Assembly (NCBI GenBank): GCA_038087875.1
Contig: CM075991.1
Span: 11,286,001 to 11,350,000 of the forward strand
DNA length: 64,000 bases
Direction of reading: 5' to 3'
DNA from: Malacoraja senta
Lineage: Eukaryota
This document shows positions 11,346 through 23,998 of the stretch, one piece after another. The position numbers and the translations under genes are program-made. The notes beneath the pieces were generated by a model. That model did not search any database. It worked only from the letters and a program-made list of their open reading frames with translations, and was not told where the DNA came from. Each line of letters starts with the position of its first letter. Position 1 is the stretch's first letter.

Positions 11346-13193
11346 AACCAGATCATATCAAGGTATGTTTAGGGCAAATTTTGACCCCTTACTTAATAAA
11401 TTAAACACACTAATTAAATTCTGGAAAACGCTCCCGATGTCTTTAATAGGCCGAATAAACGCAATAAAAATGATCTTTTTACCACAAATTTTATACCTAT
11501 TTCAATCAATTCCTATATACTTACCAAAGAAGTTTTTTAAAAAACTCGACTCAGATATCACTAATTTTATATGGGACTATAAATCACATAGAATACAAAA
11601 AACTCATCTGAATAAACCTAAAGTATTAGGGGGTTTAGCACTATCTAATTTTATGTATTATTATTGGTCAGTAAATATTAAAAATATGATTCAACTGATG
11701 GATAACTCCGCCCAGCAATTGGACTGGATTGTAATGGAGAAAGAGGATTGCTCTAGAAACATTGGAGTGATCCTCCTCTCTCCAATGAAACTGAATAACA
11801 TAAATTATAATAAGAACCCAATTATTCATAGTACAATCCGAATTTGGAAACAAATAAAACAAAATTTAAAATTAAGAAATGTATCACTTTTATTACCTAC
11901 AGTCAATAACCCTTCGTTTAACCCTTCTATTATAGATAAAGCTTATACACAATGGGATAGATTAGGAATTAAAACGCTTGGTGACTTGTATGAAACTGGA
12001 AAATTACTTTCATTTCAACAATTACAAATAAAATATAAACTCGGAAATAATCAATATTTTAAATATTTTCAAATATGCGACTATTTGAAAAAATATACAA
12101 AAGATTATTATAATAACCCAGTAGATGTATTGGACGAGGCAATGCAGATAAAAGCGGATTTAGCAAACTTAATATCATATTTGTATAATATTATCTTAAA
12201 TGTACAAATACCATCTACGGAGGGTATCAGAAGAGACTGGGAACAAGAGTTAGCTATTAAAATTTCAAAGGAAAGTTGGAATGAATACTTATTAAACGTG
12301 CATAAATGCTCAATTAATGTAAGACACACTTTAATACAATTTAAAATTTTACATAGATTATATTATTCGAAAACTAAAATTCATAAAATTTTCCCAAATG
12401 TATCATCTATTTGTGATAAATGTCAATCCCAAGAAGCTACTATAGCGCACTCATTCGTTTTCTGTACAAAAATTCAAAAATTTTGGAATGAAATCTTTAC
12501 AAAGTTATTTAAAACAAGACTGATACCCAAAGCAGAATGGATTATCTTCGGTATAACGGAAGATGGTCCAGAACTAAATGTGTTTCAAAAGAAACTAATG
12601 GACTATGGGTTAATAATTGGAAAAAAGCTAATTCTAAAATTTTGGAAGAAGGCTCGAATACCAACTATAAATATGTGGATTTCAAATATGTTTGAAACAT
12701 TACACCTAGAAGAGATAAGACTCCTCCTAGCAGGTAAACCAGATCACTTCCACCTGACGTGGTCTGCATTTATAGAATTATTACAAACATAGGGTGCAAA
12801 AGTACTTAAAAAAAAAAAAAAATTGAGGTCAGGTAAGGGAGGATGATAGTTGAAGAGTTGGTATGTCCCATTTACGTAATGCTCATAAAAATATTTGTTT
12901 CTCTCTTTTTCCTCTTTCTCTCTCTCTTTCTTTCCTAGGGTCTATTTCTTAACTCTTTTTCTTTTGTTTTTAATTTTGCTCTTATAGGGTCTTCGTCCTT
13001 TTTTGTTGTCACATTTCCTACACTTTCACTTTTTCCTTCACTTTCTTCTTTCTTTCAATCTTTTCCTTTTCTAGTGTAAAAAATAAATGGAGTACATTAA
13101 TTGTAAGAAGATATAAATGACGAGTACTAATGTATGTGGTTGTAATGTAATGTACTTCTAATAAATAAAAATTAAAAAAAGAAAAAAAAAAAA
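11346..13193 (+). mobile_element. 5'-truncated L1 (fish/shark type) with an open ORF2 C-terminal half at 11365-12792
   Basis: WKTLPMSLIGRINAIKM, GGLAL, CCHC knuckle CDKC..H...C, GKKLILKFWK, pyrimidine-rich 3' UTR, AATAAA and A-tail. Confidence 0.92.
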
Positions 13194-13300
13194 CTCATTC
13201 TTTGCGTTGGGGGTCATCGGAGGCGGCCGTTCGAGTTTCGACAACGCAGCCTATCACCGGCGGGCAGACCAATAAACCAAACTGTAAAAATTCAGAGGTT

Positions 13301-13462
13301 GTGTAGGAAGGAACTGCAGATGCTGGTTTAAACCGAAGAAAGACACAAAATGCCGGAGTAACTCAGCGGGACAGGCAGCGTCTCTGGAGAGAAGGGGCGG
13401 TGAAACATCTCCCATTCCTCCTCTCCAGAGATTCTGCCTGAGCTGCTGTTTTGTGTCTACAA
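13301..13462. mobile_element. Penelope-like terminal inverted pair
   Basis: TSD tcagaggtt at 13292-13300 and 13463-13471. Confidence 0.7.
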
Positions 13463-13634
13463 TCAGAGGTTCCTGAGCAACAGAAATCTATTGCAATTCA
13501 CCCAACTGTACAATTAGATAAGTACCAACCCAAACAAAAGTTTTAATATTCCCCCAAGGCTCGTCACAATTTTAATCAGTCGATCGTCGATACGCGGGAG
13601 AATGAGCAGGGCTGAAGCGGTTCTGATGTGAAGT

Positions 13635-13790
13635 TTGTCGGAAGGAACGGCAGATGCTGGTTTAAACCGAAGATAGACACAAAAACGCTGGAGTAACTCG
13701 GCGGCTCAGGCGGCATCTCTGGAGAAAAGGAAGCATCTCCGGAGATGCTGTCTGACCCGCTGAGTTACTCCAGCTTTTTGTCTCTATCAC
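13635..13790. mobile_element. Penelope-like terminal inverted pair
   Basis: 12-bp TSD ctgatgtgaagt at 13623-13634 and 13791-13802; the two arms are reverse complements. Confidence 0.8.
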
Positions 13791-14170
13791 CTGATGTGAA
13801 GTCTGTGATGTGATTCTGTCAATGCAGGACTCCCTCTGGCAAATAGTTCACCATGCCAACCTTCAATTGATTCTACTTGAGAAAAGAAATGGCTTAGATT
13901 GAATTTTGGAAGCAGCCTCCAGTCACAGTATGTATAATGTGAAAGGATGCAGCAAGAGTGTTACTGTCATAATAATACCTTGACAAGAGTAACACACAGC
14001 ATGCTTACCCCATCACCATTCACTCCCATTCATTGGAAGCTCTTACCTATACAAGGAATCTGATCTGCTTCTGTTATCCTGATTTTTATTTTAAACTATT
14101 CAAATTGTTATTTCAACGGCAAGGAGAATTTGAGAATTTGCTGATTGTTTCTGAGAGCAGCTTCTGAGTT

Positions 14171-14700
14171 AGGGCGACATGGTGGCGCAGCGGTAGAGTT
14201 GCTGCCTTAAGGGCCTGTCCCACTTGGGTGTCATTTGCGCATCACGCAGATTTTGTACATCCCAAAATCCTGGGGCGCCGCGCCCAACCGCGCGTCACTG
14301 CCTGCGTCACCACTCACCGTGCGCGCGTACTGTGCACAATGCGCGCATCACGTGAGCACCACGACGTGTGCGTCGTGCGTCGTGACGCGTAAATGATGTC
14401 ACGTAAATGACGCACAAATGACGAACAAGTGAGACAGGCCCTTTACAGCGCCAGAGACCCGGGTTTGATCCTAACTACGGGTGTTGCTTGTATGGAGTTT
14501 GCACGCTCTCCCCGTGACCGCGTGGCTTTTCTCCGGGTGCTCCGGGTTCATCCCACATTCCAAAGATGTGCAGATTTGTAGGTTAATTAGCTTCGATAAA
14601 ATTGAAAATTGTCCCTAGTCCATGTGGGATAGTGTCAAAGTGCAGGGATCGCTGGTCGGCGCAGACTCGGTGGGCCGCGCTGTATCTCAAAACTAAACTA
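14171..14700 (+). mobile_element. HE1-like SINE interrupted by a MITE
   Basis: The SINE head gctgcctta|cagcgccagagacc is split by the 14210-14442 element. Confidence 0.85.
14210..14442. mobile_element. PIF/Harbinger MITE
   Basis: TIR agggcctgtcccacttg / caagtgagacaggccct. TTA TSD confirmed by comparison with the uninterrupted SINE sequence. Confidence 0.9.
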
Positions 14701-15011
14701 GTTTAAAAACTAAAACACCATTGGGTGAGTTTCTGAGTGGGAATCGGACATGAAGGTTCTGTTTTGCTGCAGTGTGGAGTTTTGCAGTCAAGGAAATGTA
14801 GAATGGTTCATTGTTGGCTGAGATGAAGGTGACAAGGAAGCATACAAATAGTAACATTGACTAGGAGGACCTTGATCATCGTCTCCTTTGATCTGTCATT
14901 TTCACACCTTAACCTTCCATATCTCGAATTTCCCTCACCCTGACTCTCAGTCTGAAGAAGGGTCTCGACCCGAAACGTGATCCATTCCTTTTTCTCCAGA
15001 GATGCTGCCTG

Positions 15012-15270
15012 TCATCATCATCATCGTTGAAAACATCAATGCCGTGTACGACAGTGATCGCAACTTCTACTGAAGTGTGTGGATGGCCGTTGGCTCGCTA
15101 GGAGCTCATCCGCCCTTTGACAGGTCTTGTTTTTGGTCCCGCTGGGGGTCCACAGCCCCCCTCCTCACCTGGCAAACCAGGTGGGGGAGACGGTTCAGTC
15201 GCCGACTATCCGACCATGGAGCAGGTAGCGCGGGTTTACATGCTACCCGTGGCGGGGGGGAACTCCCCCC
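15012..15270 (-). mobile_element. Short non-autonomous RTE-like retroposon inside a Penelope terminus
   Basis: (GAT)n tail on the minus strand and a GC-rich body; it interrupts gatgctgcctg|..gctgagttactcc. Confidence 0.55.
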
Positions 15271-15829
15271 GACCTGACGCTGAGTTACTCCAGCATTTTG
15301 TGTCTCTCTACTAGTTAAAGCTCTGCAAGGTTGCCCACTCTCTAAGGATACTGCAGAAGTCAATGAGAATCCCATCCAGAAAGCAACATCAAAATAGCCC
15401 ATGGCCTCACTTGCCACAGACTTTTTCTCTCACACTGCTTCTTTCTATGTTTTAATTACATGCAGAATATAGGGTGGAAAATATAGATATTCCAATACAA
15501 CGTAAAAAAAAAAAAGCCTTCCAGCCACCACTGACATATTCGTGTACAATGTTCACATTAATATTTATGTAGTTCTTTGAAGTAATAAGATTCGACCAAA
15601 GCAGAGAATTCCAGATCATAGCTACCCTCTGAATGAGGTAGATTTAAACAATAGACAATTAAACGCTCCTGACTTGATTCTTGATTTTCCTCACGTACTC
15701 CCTTGTATTTTTTGCACTCACTTTAAATTCAGCACACTCCTTGCACGAACCAGTATCTGCTGGGAGCAACAAACCTCCACCGGCCCTACCTCAACAAGTC
15801 ACGGTTGCTCTCTCACATCTCCTGCCAGC

Positions 15830-15960
15830 TTTATTCCCCCACTTCCAGGGCCTACGTCCGTGCACGCGTGTCCCGGGAGAGGGAGTACGCAGTGTCCATG
15901 GGGACTCTGGAGGCCCTCCGTGAACGCTGGTTGCCGCGGGAGGTGGTCTTTGTAAGAGAA
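15830..15960 (+). mobile_element. Tx1-type LINE ORF2 C-terminal remnant
   Basis: RAYVRARVSREREYAVSMGTLEALRERW; a related copy lies at 52800-52990. Confidence 0.6.
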
Positions 15961-16017
15961 GTGTGGCTGCCGGTACTGCAGGAGGCTTTGCTGGTGCTTT
16001 CTCACTACCACACAAAC

Positions 16018-16430
16018 CAATACAATAATACTTTATTAGCCAAGTATGTTTTGCAACATACGAGGAATTTCATTTGCCAGGTCACTCATACAAATAAAAA
16101 GCCATGGAACACACAAAATACATTTTAACCTAAACATCCACCACAGTGACTCCTCTAAATTCCACACTGTGATGGAAGGCGAAAAAAAGTTCAATCTCTT
16201 CCCTTCTTTGTTCTCCCGTGGTCGGGGGCCTCGAGCCTTCCGTTGACGGGACGATCTTGACTCCCGTAGCTGGTGGCGTTTGGGCCCTCCGCATCGGGCG
16301 ATCAGCTCCCGCATCGGGGGGGGGATGTCAACTCCCCCGAGCCGAGCGATCTGTCCCCCGGGTCGGGGCTTGTCGAACCTCTGCGTCATTGGAGCTCCTG
16401 ACTCGGCCTCTCCCGAGACCGCGAGCTCTC
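16018..16430 (-). mobile_element. Unclassified retroposon 3' part (related copies near 27860-28090 and 50990-52150)
   Basis: Shared ccttccatcacagtg...gtggtggatgttt...aattcctcgtatgttgcaa...aataaa tail with a short microsatellite. Confidence 0.6.
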
Positions 16431-16559
16431 GATGTAAAGTAAACAGAAACCCTCCTGCAGAGCTGGACAAGATAACAAAGCTTGAATTGCTGACTTTGGT
16501 TTCTGTCCGAAATTGTAAGGGGAAGGAAAGTTTCAATTGAGAGGATGGGAGGTACAAAT

Positions 16560-16923
16560 AATAATAATAATAATAATGGATTGGATTTATATAGCGCCTT
16601 TCTAATACTCAAGGCACTTTACATCGCATTATTCATTCACTCCTCAGTCACACTCGGTGGTGGTAAGCTACTTCTGTAGCCACAGCTGCCTTGGGGCAGA
16701 CTGACGGAAGCGTGGCTGCTAATTTGCGCCTACGGCCCCTCCGACCACCACCAATCACTCACACACATTCACACACATTCACACACACATTCACACGCAG
16801 GCAAAGGTGGGTGAAGTGTCTTGCCCAAGGACACAACGACAGTATGCACTCCAAGCGGGATTCGAACCGGCTACCTTCCGGTTGCCAGCCGAACACTTAG
16901 CCCATTGCGCCATCTGTCGTCCC
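16560..16923 (-). mobile_element. tRNA/CORE-type SINE with L2-like tail
   Basis: tRNA head (ggcgcaatgggctaag...ggttcgaatcc), CORE-like gtgtccttgggcaagacactt, tail aaggcgctatataaatccaatcc(att)n, flanked by a 26-bp direct repeat. Confidence 0.85.
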
Positions 16924-17603
16924 CAATTGAGAGGATGGGAGGTACAAATCAGATAACATTCTTCATTCTAAGAACCCAACATGAATTTCACAACCGCACA
17001 GCAATCCATTGAAGAATGGTGATGGTCGAGTCTTCAGTAACGAAGAGTAGATCCGGTTTGATGAAAAGCCTCATGATTAATCACTGCAAGGTTCTTTCTG
17101 GATATGTTCTTGTTCCACCGTTCCTGCACTGTTAGTTCACTCTGGCTACAATGGTGGCTCATTTGACGGCATTAATTTACTGTAGGTAGACAAAAATGCT
17201 GGAGAAACTCAGCGGGTGAGGCAGCATCTATGGAGAGAAGGAATAGGCGACGTTTCACGTCAAGACCCTTCTTCAGACTGATCATGCAGGTTGTTGCTTT
17301 TGTTCATTTGTCACAGCGATTGCTCTGAGGAGTGGACTGCTGTAAGTGCACATGGTACATAAGGCTTTCTGAATGTGCGGTGCTTCCCAAAGCCCCTCCA
17401 AATGTAGTCACACACACGCAGGTAGACCTGGCACAGATTCTAAAATGCCGCAATTTGTACAAAGATCAAATAGCCGGCGATTAGGCGGAAACAGGAAACA
17501 CTTTATTTGTTGAGATCATTTAATGCCACTTCGATCTTTTTAATTATTCAGAATGACTGGTGATCATTGATCACAATGACTGTGATCAATGAAGTGATGA
17601 CAC

Positions 17604-17875
17604 ACTGGTCCAACCTGAGGAGCACCGTCAGCAACAGACTGGTTCCACCAAGATGCAGCACAGAACGCCACAGGAGATCCTTCTTCCCTGCGGCTATCGA
17701 ATTGTACAACTTCTCCCCCTTCTGTCGTGGGGTAGACTGACCCTCCCCACCCTCCCCAATCTTTGCACATCCCCAATTCTTTCCACTTGTCACTTTAATT
17801 TCATGTTTCATATATCTTGTATTTTATAACTGTTGGCAGATCAATTTCCCTCCTCGGATAAAGTATCGTATCGTA
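17604..17875 (+). mobile_element. Rex1-type LINE 3' end
   Basis: LRSTVSNRLVPPRCSTERHRRSFFPAAIELYN followed by a UTR ending gataaagtatcgtatcgta. Confidence 0.75.
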
Positions 17876-19610
17876 AAAGGACATAAAGTACTGGAGTAAC
17901 TCAGCGAGTCAGGCAGGATCTCTGTGGAACGTGGATAGGCGACATTACAGTTGGGGCTTTCATGGGTTTTTAGGTTATTTAATTAACTTTATTTAATTCC
18001 ACAAGTCTTTTTAATTTAACACAAGTGTCCAAAGCCTGGAGACACCCACATTACACACATTACAGTCCCATGATCCTCAATCAAAAATGGGAGAAAAAGT
18101 CTTTGCAGAAGAAAAAAGGCAGAATACTATTGATAACATTTTTAAACTCTGAGGCTCTATCATGAGATGTGCTGCACAACCAGTCATAATTGGCCTTAAT
18201 AGGTTTCTGCAAAGGTTTATGACTGCATGACTTATTAAAATCATATTTCCTGCCTGGTTTGAGTTACAGGCGCAGTGACTCAGCCAATTTCGGGTCACGA
18301 TACACCCTACTCCTTATGCTCTCCGATTAATCACTTTTATTGGATTTTAATTTAGTATCAAAGACATGTGCATGGGCTGCTTAGTTCAATGCCACCGCCT
18401 TTGCTTCATGTCAGTTTAATAAGGTTGTTCATCATGATTGAAATGCAGCTAATCCTCGGAGCAACCTTTCTATAAAGCAATCCTTACTTACCACAGGAGA
18501 TTTTCCAAACAGCAGGTAAGGCACTCAGGAATTCAGCCCCGATGTTTTCAAGAGAGAGTTAGACTTGGCTCTCAGGGCTAACGGAATCAAGGGATAGGGG
18601 GAAAAAGCAGGAACGGGGTACTGATTTTAGATGATCAGCCATGACCATATTGAATGGTGGTGCTGGCTCGATGGGCCGAATGGTCTACTCCTGCACCAAT
18701 TTTCTATGTTTCTATGAGTTCAACTTTGTGCGTTTTCACGATGCTTGCCTGCATCTGGCTGGCTTTGATTTGTTCTTTCCCTACCTTACATTCTCTGGTT
18801 CTTTGTACCGTTTAATATCTCGAGTTTCCGTCTTCCCTGAATCTGGCACAGCGGTAGAGTTATTGCCGCACGGCACCATGGACCTGGGCTCGATCCTGAC
18901 CATGGCTGCTGTCTGTGTGGAGTTTGCCCTGTGATGGTGTGGGTTTCCTCAGGGTGCTCCGGTTTCCTTCAACATCCCACAGACGTGTGGGTTTGCAGGT
19001 TAATTAACCACCGTAAATTGCCCCTATGTGTGCAGGGAGGATAGACACAAAATGCTGGGAGTAACACAACGGGACAGGCAGCATCTCTGGAGAGAAGGAA
19101 TGGGTGACGTTTCGGGTCGAGACGTCATCTTTGTGTCTATCTTCGGTGCAAACCAGCATCTGCAGTTCCTTCCTACAAATAAAACTACCAGTTAAATACA
19201 AGCCTTCCAGACCTCAGCAACATCTGTAAACAGAATTTATTAACAAGGCAAGCAAATTGGTGATTGACTTTAAAACCCTTATAGAGAGTTTTAAGAACGT
19301 GAGCAAAGTTAAATTTTAGTTATATTTGCCATTCAGAATGTGTTAGCAGAAGCAAATAAGATTCTTCTGAATGCCCTTTACTCTGTAAGAGTTAATGTAA
19401 GCTGGAGGTGGAGGCATGGTAAGCAATGTCAATGATCTGCCTTGTCAGGGACAGATGAGCCATTTTTCTTTTTGAAGGATCTATAGTATTGTAGACTTCC
19501 CTAATTTCTCGCTTGAGTTCCCAGCCGACTGTTTAAGCTTGTAGGAAACGTGTTTCATGTAACTGCTCCCAATGAATCTGGTCTCAATGTCAGAGACATG
19601 CGGAATAAAA

Positions 19611-20395
19611 GGGGCACGGTGGCGCAGTGGTAGAGTTGCTACCTCACAGCGCCAGTGATCCTGGGTTCGATCCTAACTACGGGTGCCGTCTGTACGGAGT
19701 TTGTACATTCTCCCCGTGACCTGCGTGGGTATTTTCAGGGAGCTCCAGTTCCCTCCATATTCCAAAGACATAGAAACATAGAAACATTGAAAATAGGTGC
19801 AGGAAGAGGCCATTCGGCCCTTCAAGCCAGCACCGCCATTCATTGTAATCCTGGCTGATCGTCCCCTATCAATAACCCGTGACTGCCTTCTCCCCATATC
19901 CCTTGATTCCACTAGCCCCTAGAGCTCTATCTAACTCTCTCTTAAATCCATCCAGTGACTTGGCCTCCAATCCCCTCTGTGGCGGGGAATTCTATAAATT
20001 CACAACTCTCTGGGTGAAAACGTTTTTTTCTCACCTCAGTCTTAAATGACCTCCCTTTTATTCTAAGACTGAGGCCCCTGGTTCTGGACTCGCCCAACAT
20101 TGGGAACATTTTTCCTGCATCTAGCTTGTCCAGTCCTTTTATAATTTTATATGTTTCTATAAGATTCCCCCTCATCCTTCTAAACTCCAGTGAATACAAG
20201 CCTAGTCTTTTCAATCTTTCCTCATATGACAGTACAGCTTTGTAGGTTTGTAGACGTACAGGTTTGTAGGTTAATTGGCTTTGGTAAAAATGTTAATTGA
20301 CCCTGGTGTGTAGGATAGTGTTAGTGAGAGGGGATGGCTGGTCAGAGCGGACTCGGTGGGCCGAAGGGCCTGTTTCTCTACACTAAACTAAACTT
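19611..20395 (+). mobile_element. HE1-like SINE interrupted by an antisense CR1 fragment (about 19767-20233)
   Basis: SINE head and tail flank a minus-strand CR1 ORF2 end (LGLYSLEFRRMRG). Confidence 0.85.
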
Positions 20396-21432
20396 GGTGC
20401 TGCTGTTGGACAAAGGAATAGGCGGAGTGGGAGTGGGCAGAGTCAACAACTGAGCAGAAGAGGGTGTTATCTTGTGGAATCCGCCTTGTCTGATCATAGT
20501 GTCTACTAGTTCAAGGACCCTCGATCGATCTGATTATACTTATTCAGAGGAATCATTCTGCGCTTCTTCAGGAGTGTGTGCTGTGCAATGAAGGGTGTGT
20601 TCACACAGTCATCGGGCGTTTCATGTTGGAATTCTCTGCCTCAGAGGGCGGTGGAGGACGGTTCTCTGGATACTTTCAAGAGAGAGCTTGATAGGGCTCT
20701 TAAAGATGGCGGAGTCAGGGGATATGGGGAGAAGGCAGGAACGGGGTACTGATTGTGGATGATCAGCCATGATCACATTGAATGGCGGTGCTGGCTCAAA
20801 GGGCCGAATGGCCTACTCCTGCACCTATTGTCTATTGTCTATTAAACTCCACAGATTCACCACCCACTGGCTAAAGAAATGCCGCCTCATCGCCTTTCTA
20901 AAGGTACGTCCTTTTATTCTGAGGCTGTGCCCTCAGTTCCTAGACTCTCCCACTAGTGGAAACATCCTCTCCACATCCCTTATCATGTATCTGAATGGCT
21001 CAATTTTCATCACGTACTATCTTTTCGCTGACTGGATAGCATGCAACAAGAGCTTTTCACTGTACCTCGGTACACGTGACAATAAACTAAACTGTAACTG
21101 TATCGGTGAAGGAAGTTAGTGCGGAGTGTAGCCGGTTCCACAGGCTTATAGAAAAACCCTTTGATCTGCTGAGAGCTTGACACAATCCACTGGCACCGTG
21201 CTCAGAGGAATATTATATCTGAACAGCGTTAAAGTGCTCTGATGGATTGAGCTATATTGAAGGTTGATTCTGCCAGTCTGGACTTATTTCAGCATGTAGC
21301 TCCTTCAATCCATCACAGTCTCGCTGTGATTTGAACACCGGGCGGAAACGTTGCTTTGAATTTTCTTTCTAAACACTGAAATCTTCCTTACCATTTTGCC
21401 ATCTTCCAGTGCTGGCGATCTCGCGAAAGTAA

Positions 21433-21667
21433 AGGGCCTGTCCCACTTGCCGATTTTTTTCAGCGACTGCCGGCATCATTGACTGACGTATCAGGTCACT
21501 GCAAAATTCACGGCGTGATGCGGTGGTGACACTGAGTGATGACGCATGAGGCGCGGTGTTTTTTTAAGTATCGCAAGGTTTTTTTTGTCGCCGCTGGATT
21601 TTGAAATATCAAAATCTGATATGACGCCGGCAGTCGCCGAAAAAAATCGCCACGTGGGGCGGGCCCT
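21433..21667. mobile_element. PIF/Harbinger MITE
   Basis: About 45-bp imperfect TIRs starting agggcctgtcccac; TAA TSD at 21430-21432 and 21668-21670. Confidence 0.85.
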
Positions 21668-21777
21668 TAAATTATTCTTGGAAGTGCCGTGGCCGGCGTG
21701 TGTGTGTGGGGGGGTTAAACAGTGAGCAGTTTCTTCAACGTCGTCCAATTTGTGCATCCTCCCAATTCACCAGAAAT

Positions 21778-22184
21778 CAAAGATCCTATAGCAGAGCAAG
21801 ATAGACCACTCCTGCTAAATGCAATGGGCTGACGTGTAGTACGCAACCGAGCGGAACGTGGGCGTTTTTTTCATCCATATCCATTTCCGTAACCTGACCC
21901 GACTCGCAGTGTAATCAACGTTGCGGGGGAACAGTTAGTGTTAATAAATTAAAATTCTGCAAATGAGGAGGAGATTTTGGCCAAATAACTTTTATTTTTA
22001 CGAGGATGTTTCCGTAGCCGGCTTCCGTCTCCGCACTAGTTATCTTTGCTCCACTTTGGGATCTTTGGTGCGGAGACGGAAGCCGGTTACGGAAATGGGG
22101 CCTAAAATTACCCATGAATCTGCCCATGACCGTACTACGTCTTTTTTGTCGAGTGGGCCATCTTGCTCCGCTATAGGATCTTTG
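21778..22184. mobile_element. MITE family B, copy 1 (CAAAGATCCTATAGC TIR)
   Basis: About 34-bp TIRs; a closely similar copy lies at 34548-34948. Confidence 0.85.
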
Positions 22185-23798
22185 CTCAGAATAGCAGAAT
22201 GATAATCACCTGGCACTGAGTCACAAGGGGGTCTAATCTGTTCACAAGTACTAGCATTGTGCTGAGAGGAAATGCAAGGAGAAAACGCAGTCACCTCACG
22301 GGTTTCATGAAATTGCCAAGGGCGTCTGTATTTTTTTTCGGGTTGTACAGTTATTTTTCTGATCGTACACGGAGGGTTATTTTCTCCGGTTTTTGAGTCT
22401 CGACATGAATGCAGCTAGCTTCAGGCTGGAGCACATTTCATTTTGTGCACAGGAAGAACTGCGAGATGCTGGCTAATACACAAAAGGACACGAAAATGCC
22501 CAAGTAACTCTGGAGAACATGGCTAGCTGAAGCATCTCTGGAGAACATGGCTAGCTGACATTTCGGGTTGAGAGCCTTCTTCAAACTGATTGAAGTTGAG
22601 GGGAGGGGAGGGGGGGGGGGAAGAAGAAACTTGGAAAAGAAGAGATGCAGAATAAAGCATGGCAGGGTATAGATGGACTCTGGCAAGGAGGGGTGGGGGC
22701 TTGATAGGCAGATGATTGGAACAAAGGCCAGGGATAAGAACAGAAGGTGTGAGACAGGTTTAAGGATTGCAGATTGTGAAGCCTGAGGGAGGAAAGTGGT
22801 GGGTGGGAGGGAGGGGGGGGGATGTGGGGGTGTTTGAGGAGAGAAATAGGTCAGAGTGCAGGTGGGGCACCTGGGTGGGAAGGGGAAGGGAGAAAAGTGG
22901 GGAGGTGTGGGGGAAAATCTTGGACGATGCACATTGAAACAGCAGAACTTGAACATGCTCTCTGTAGCTATAATGCTCTATAATGCTCTCGTCTGCACTC
23001 TGGCATTTTCGTCTCTTTTCACTACTTGTTGCACTAGTGTGTGGCCTGATTGTGCTCATGTATAGAGTGTTTTTTCTGGATAGCATGTAAACAAATGTTT
23101 TCACTGTGTCTCGGTTTGCATTGCAAATAATAGTCTGAAGAATGGTCTCGACCTGAAACGTCACCTATCCATCTCCTCCAGAGATGCTGCCTGACCCGCT
23201 GAGTTACTCCAGCACTTTGTTTCAATGCAAGGTTCCAGCATCTGCAGTTCCTCGTGAATACGTAAGCAATGCTGATTTCCCTCATCATCTGCGATGCTCC
23301 TTAAGGCTGATCTCTTTGACACTTGTTCTAATGTCTTCCGAGGCAGTACAGCGTTAATATTTGGGTGATACTGCTCCTCCCTGTAACTACTTGGAGAGGT
23401 TTACTGCACTAAAAGCACTGTGCCATTGGAAGCAGTTACTTTCATTTCTTTCCTCAAGAAAATTGTTGGCTTGAAATAAATTGCACTCGGCTGTAAAAAA
23501 AAAATTGACCGAATTTATACAGTTCAAGTCTCTGAAATCTATCAACTCTTGTGGAACAAATACATATATTTCATTGGGCACAGCCACAGCAATGTTTTTT
23601 TCCTGTCCTCAGAATATTTTTTTGCATCAATGTTACCTCGACAGAGACACTTTCCCCGACTGTAATTGATGTTACGTTGTTCCCATTTATAGATAATAGA
23701 CAATAGATGTAGGAGAAGGCCAGTCGGCCCTTCGAGCCAGCACCGCCATTCAATGTGATCAGGGACGGATTTAGATGAAGAGAGGCCCTAGGCTATTC

Positions 23799-23998
23799 NN
23801 NNNNNNNNNNNNNNNNNNNNNNNNNNNNNNNNNNNNNNNNNNNNNNNNNNNNNNNNNNNNNNNNNNNNNNNNNNNNNNNNNNNNNNNNNNNNNNNNNNNN
23901 NNNNNNNNNNNNNNNNNNNNNNNNNNNNNNNNNNNNNNNNNNNNNNNNNNNNNNNNNNNNNNNNNNNNNNNNNNNNNNNNNNNNNNNNNNNNNNNNNN
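23799..23998. other. Assembly gap (200 N)
   Basis: Run of N. Confidence 1.

Noticed and set aside
18077..18298. ORF segment MLSIVFCLFSSAK resembling the GFRA2 signal-peptide exon
   Set aside because: No GT donor follows, the frame ends in a stop, there is no promoter-like context, and I found no downstream GFRA2 exons.
23760..23798. Possible hAT-type left end before the gap (another near 63583)
   Set aside because: No matching right TIR or TSD is visible; both are cut by a gap or a CR1.
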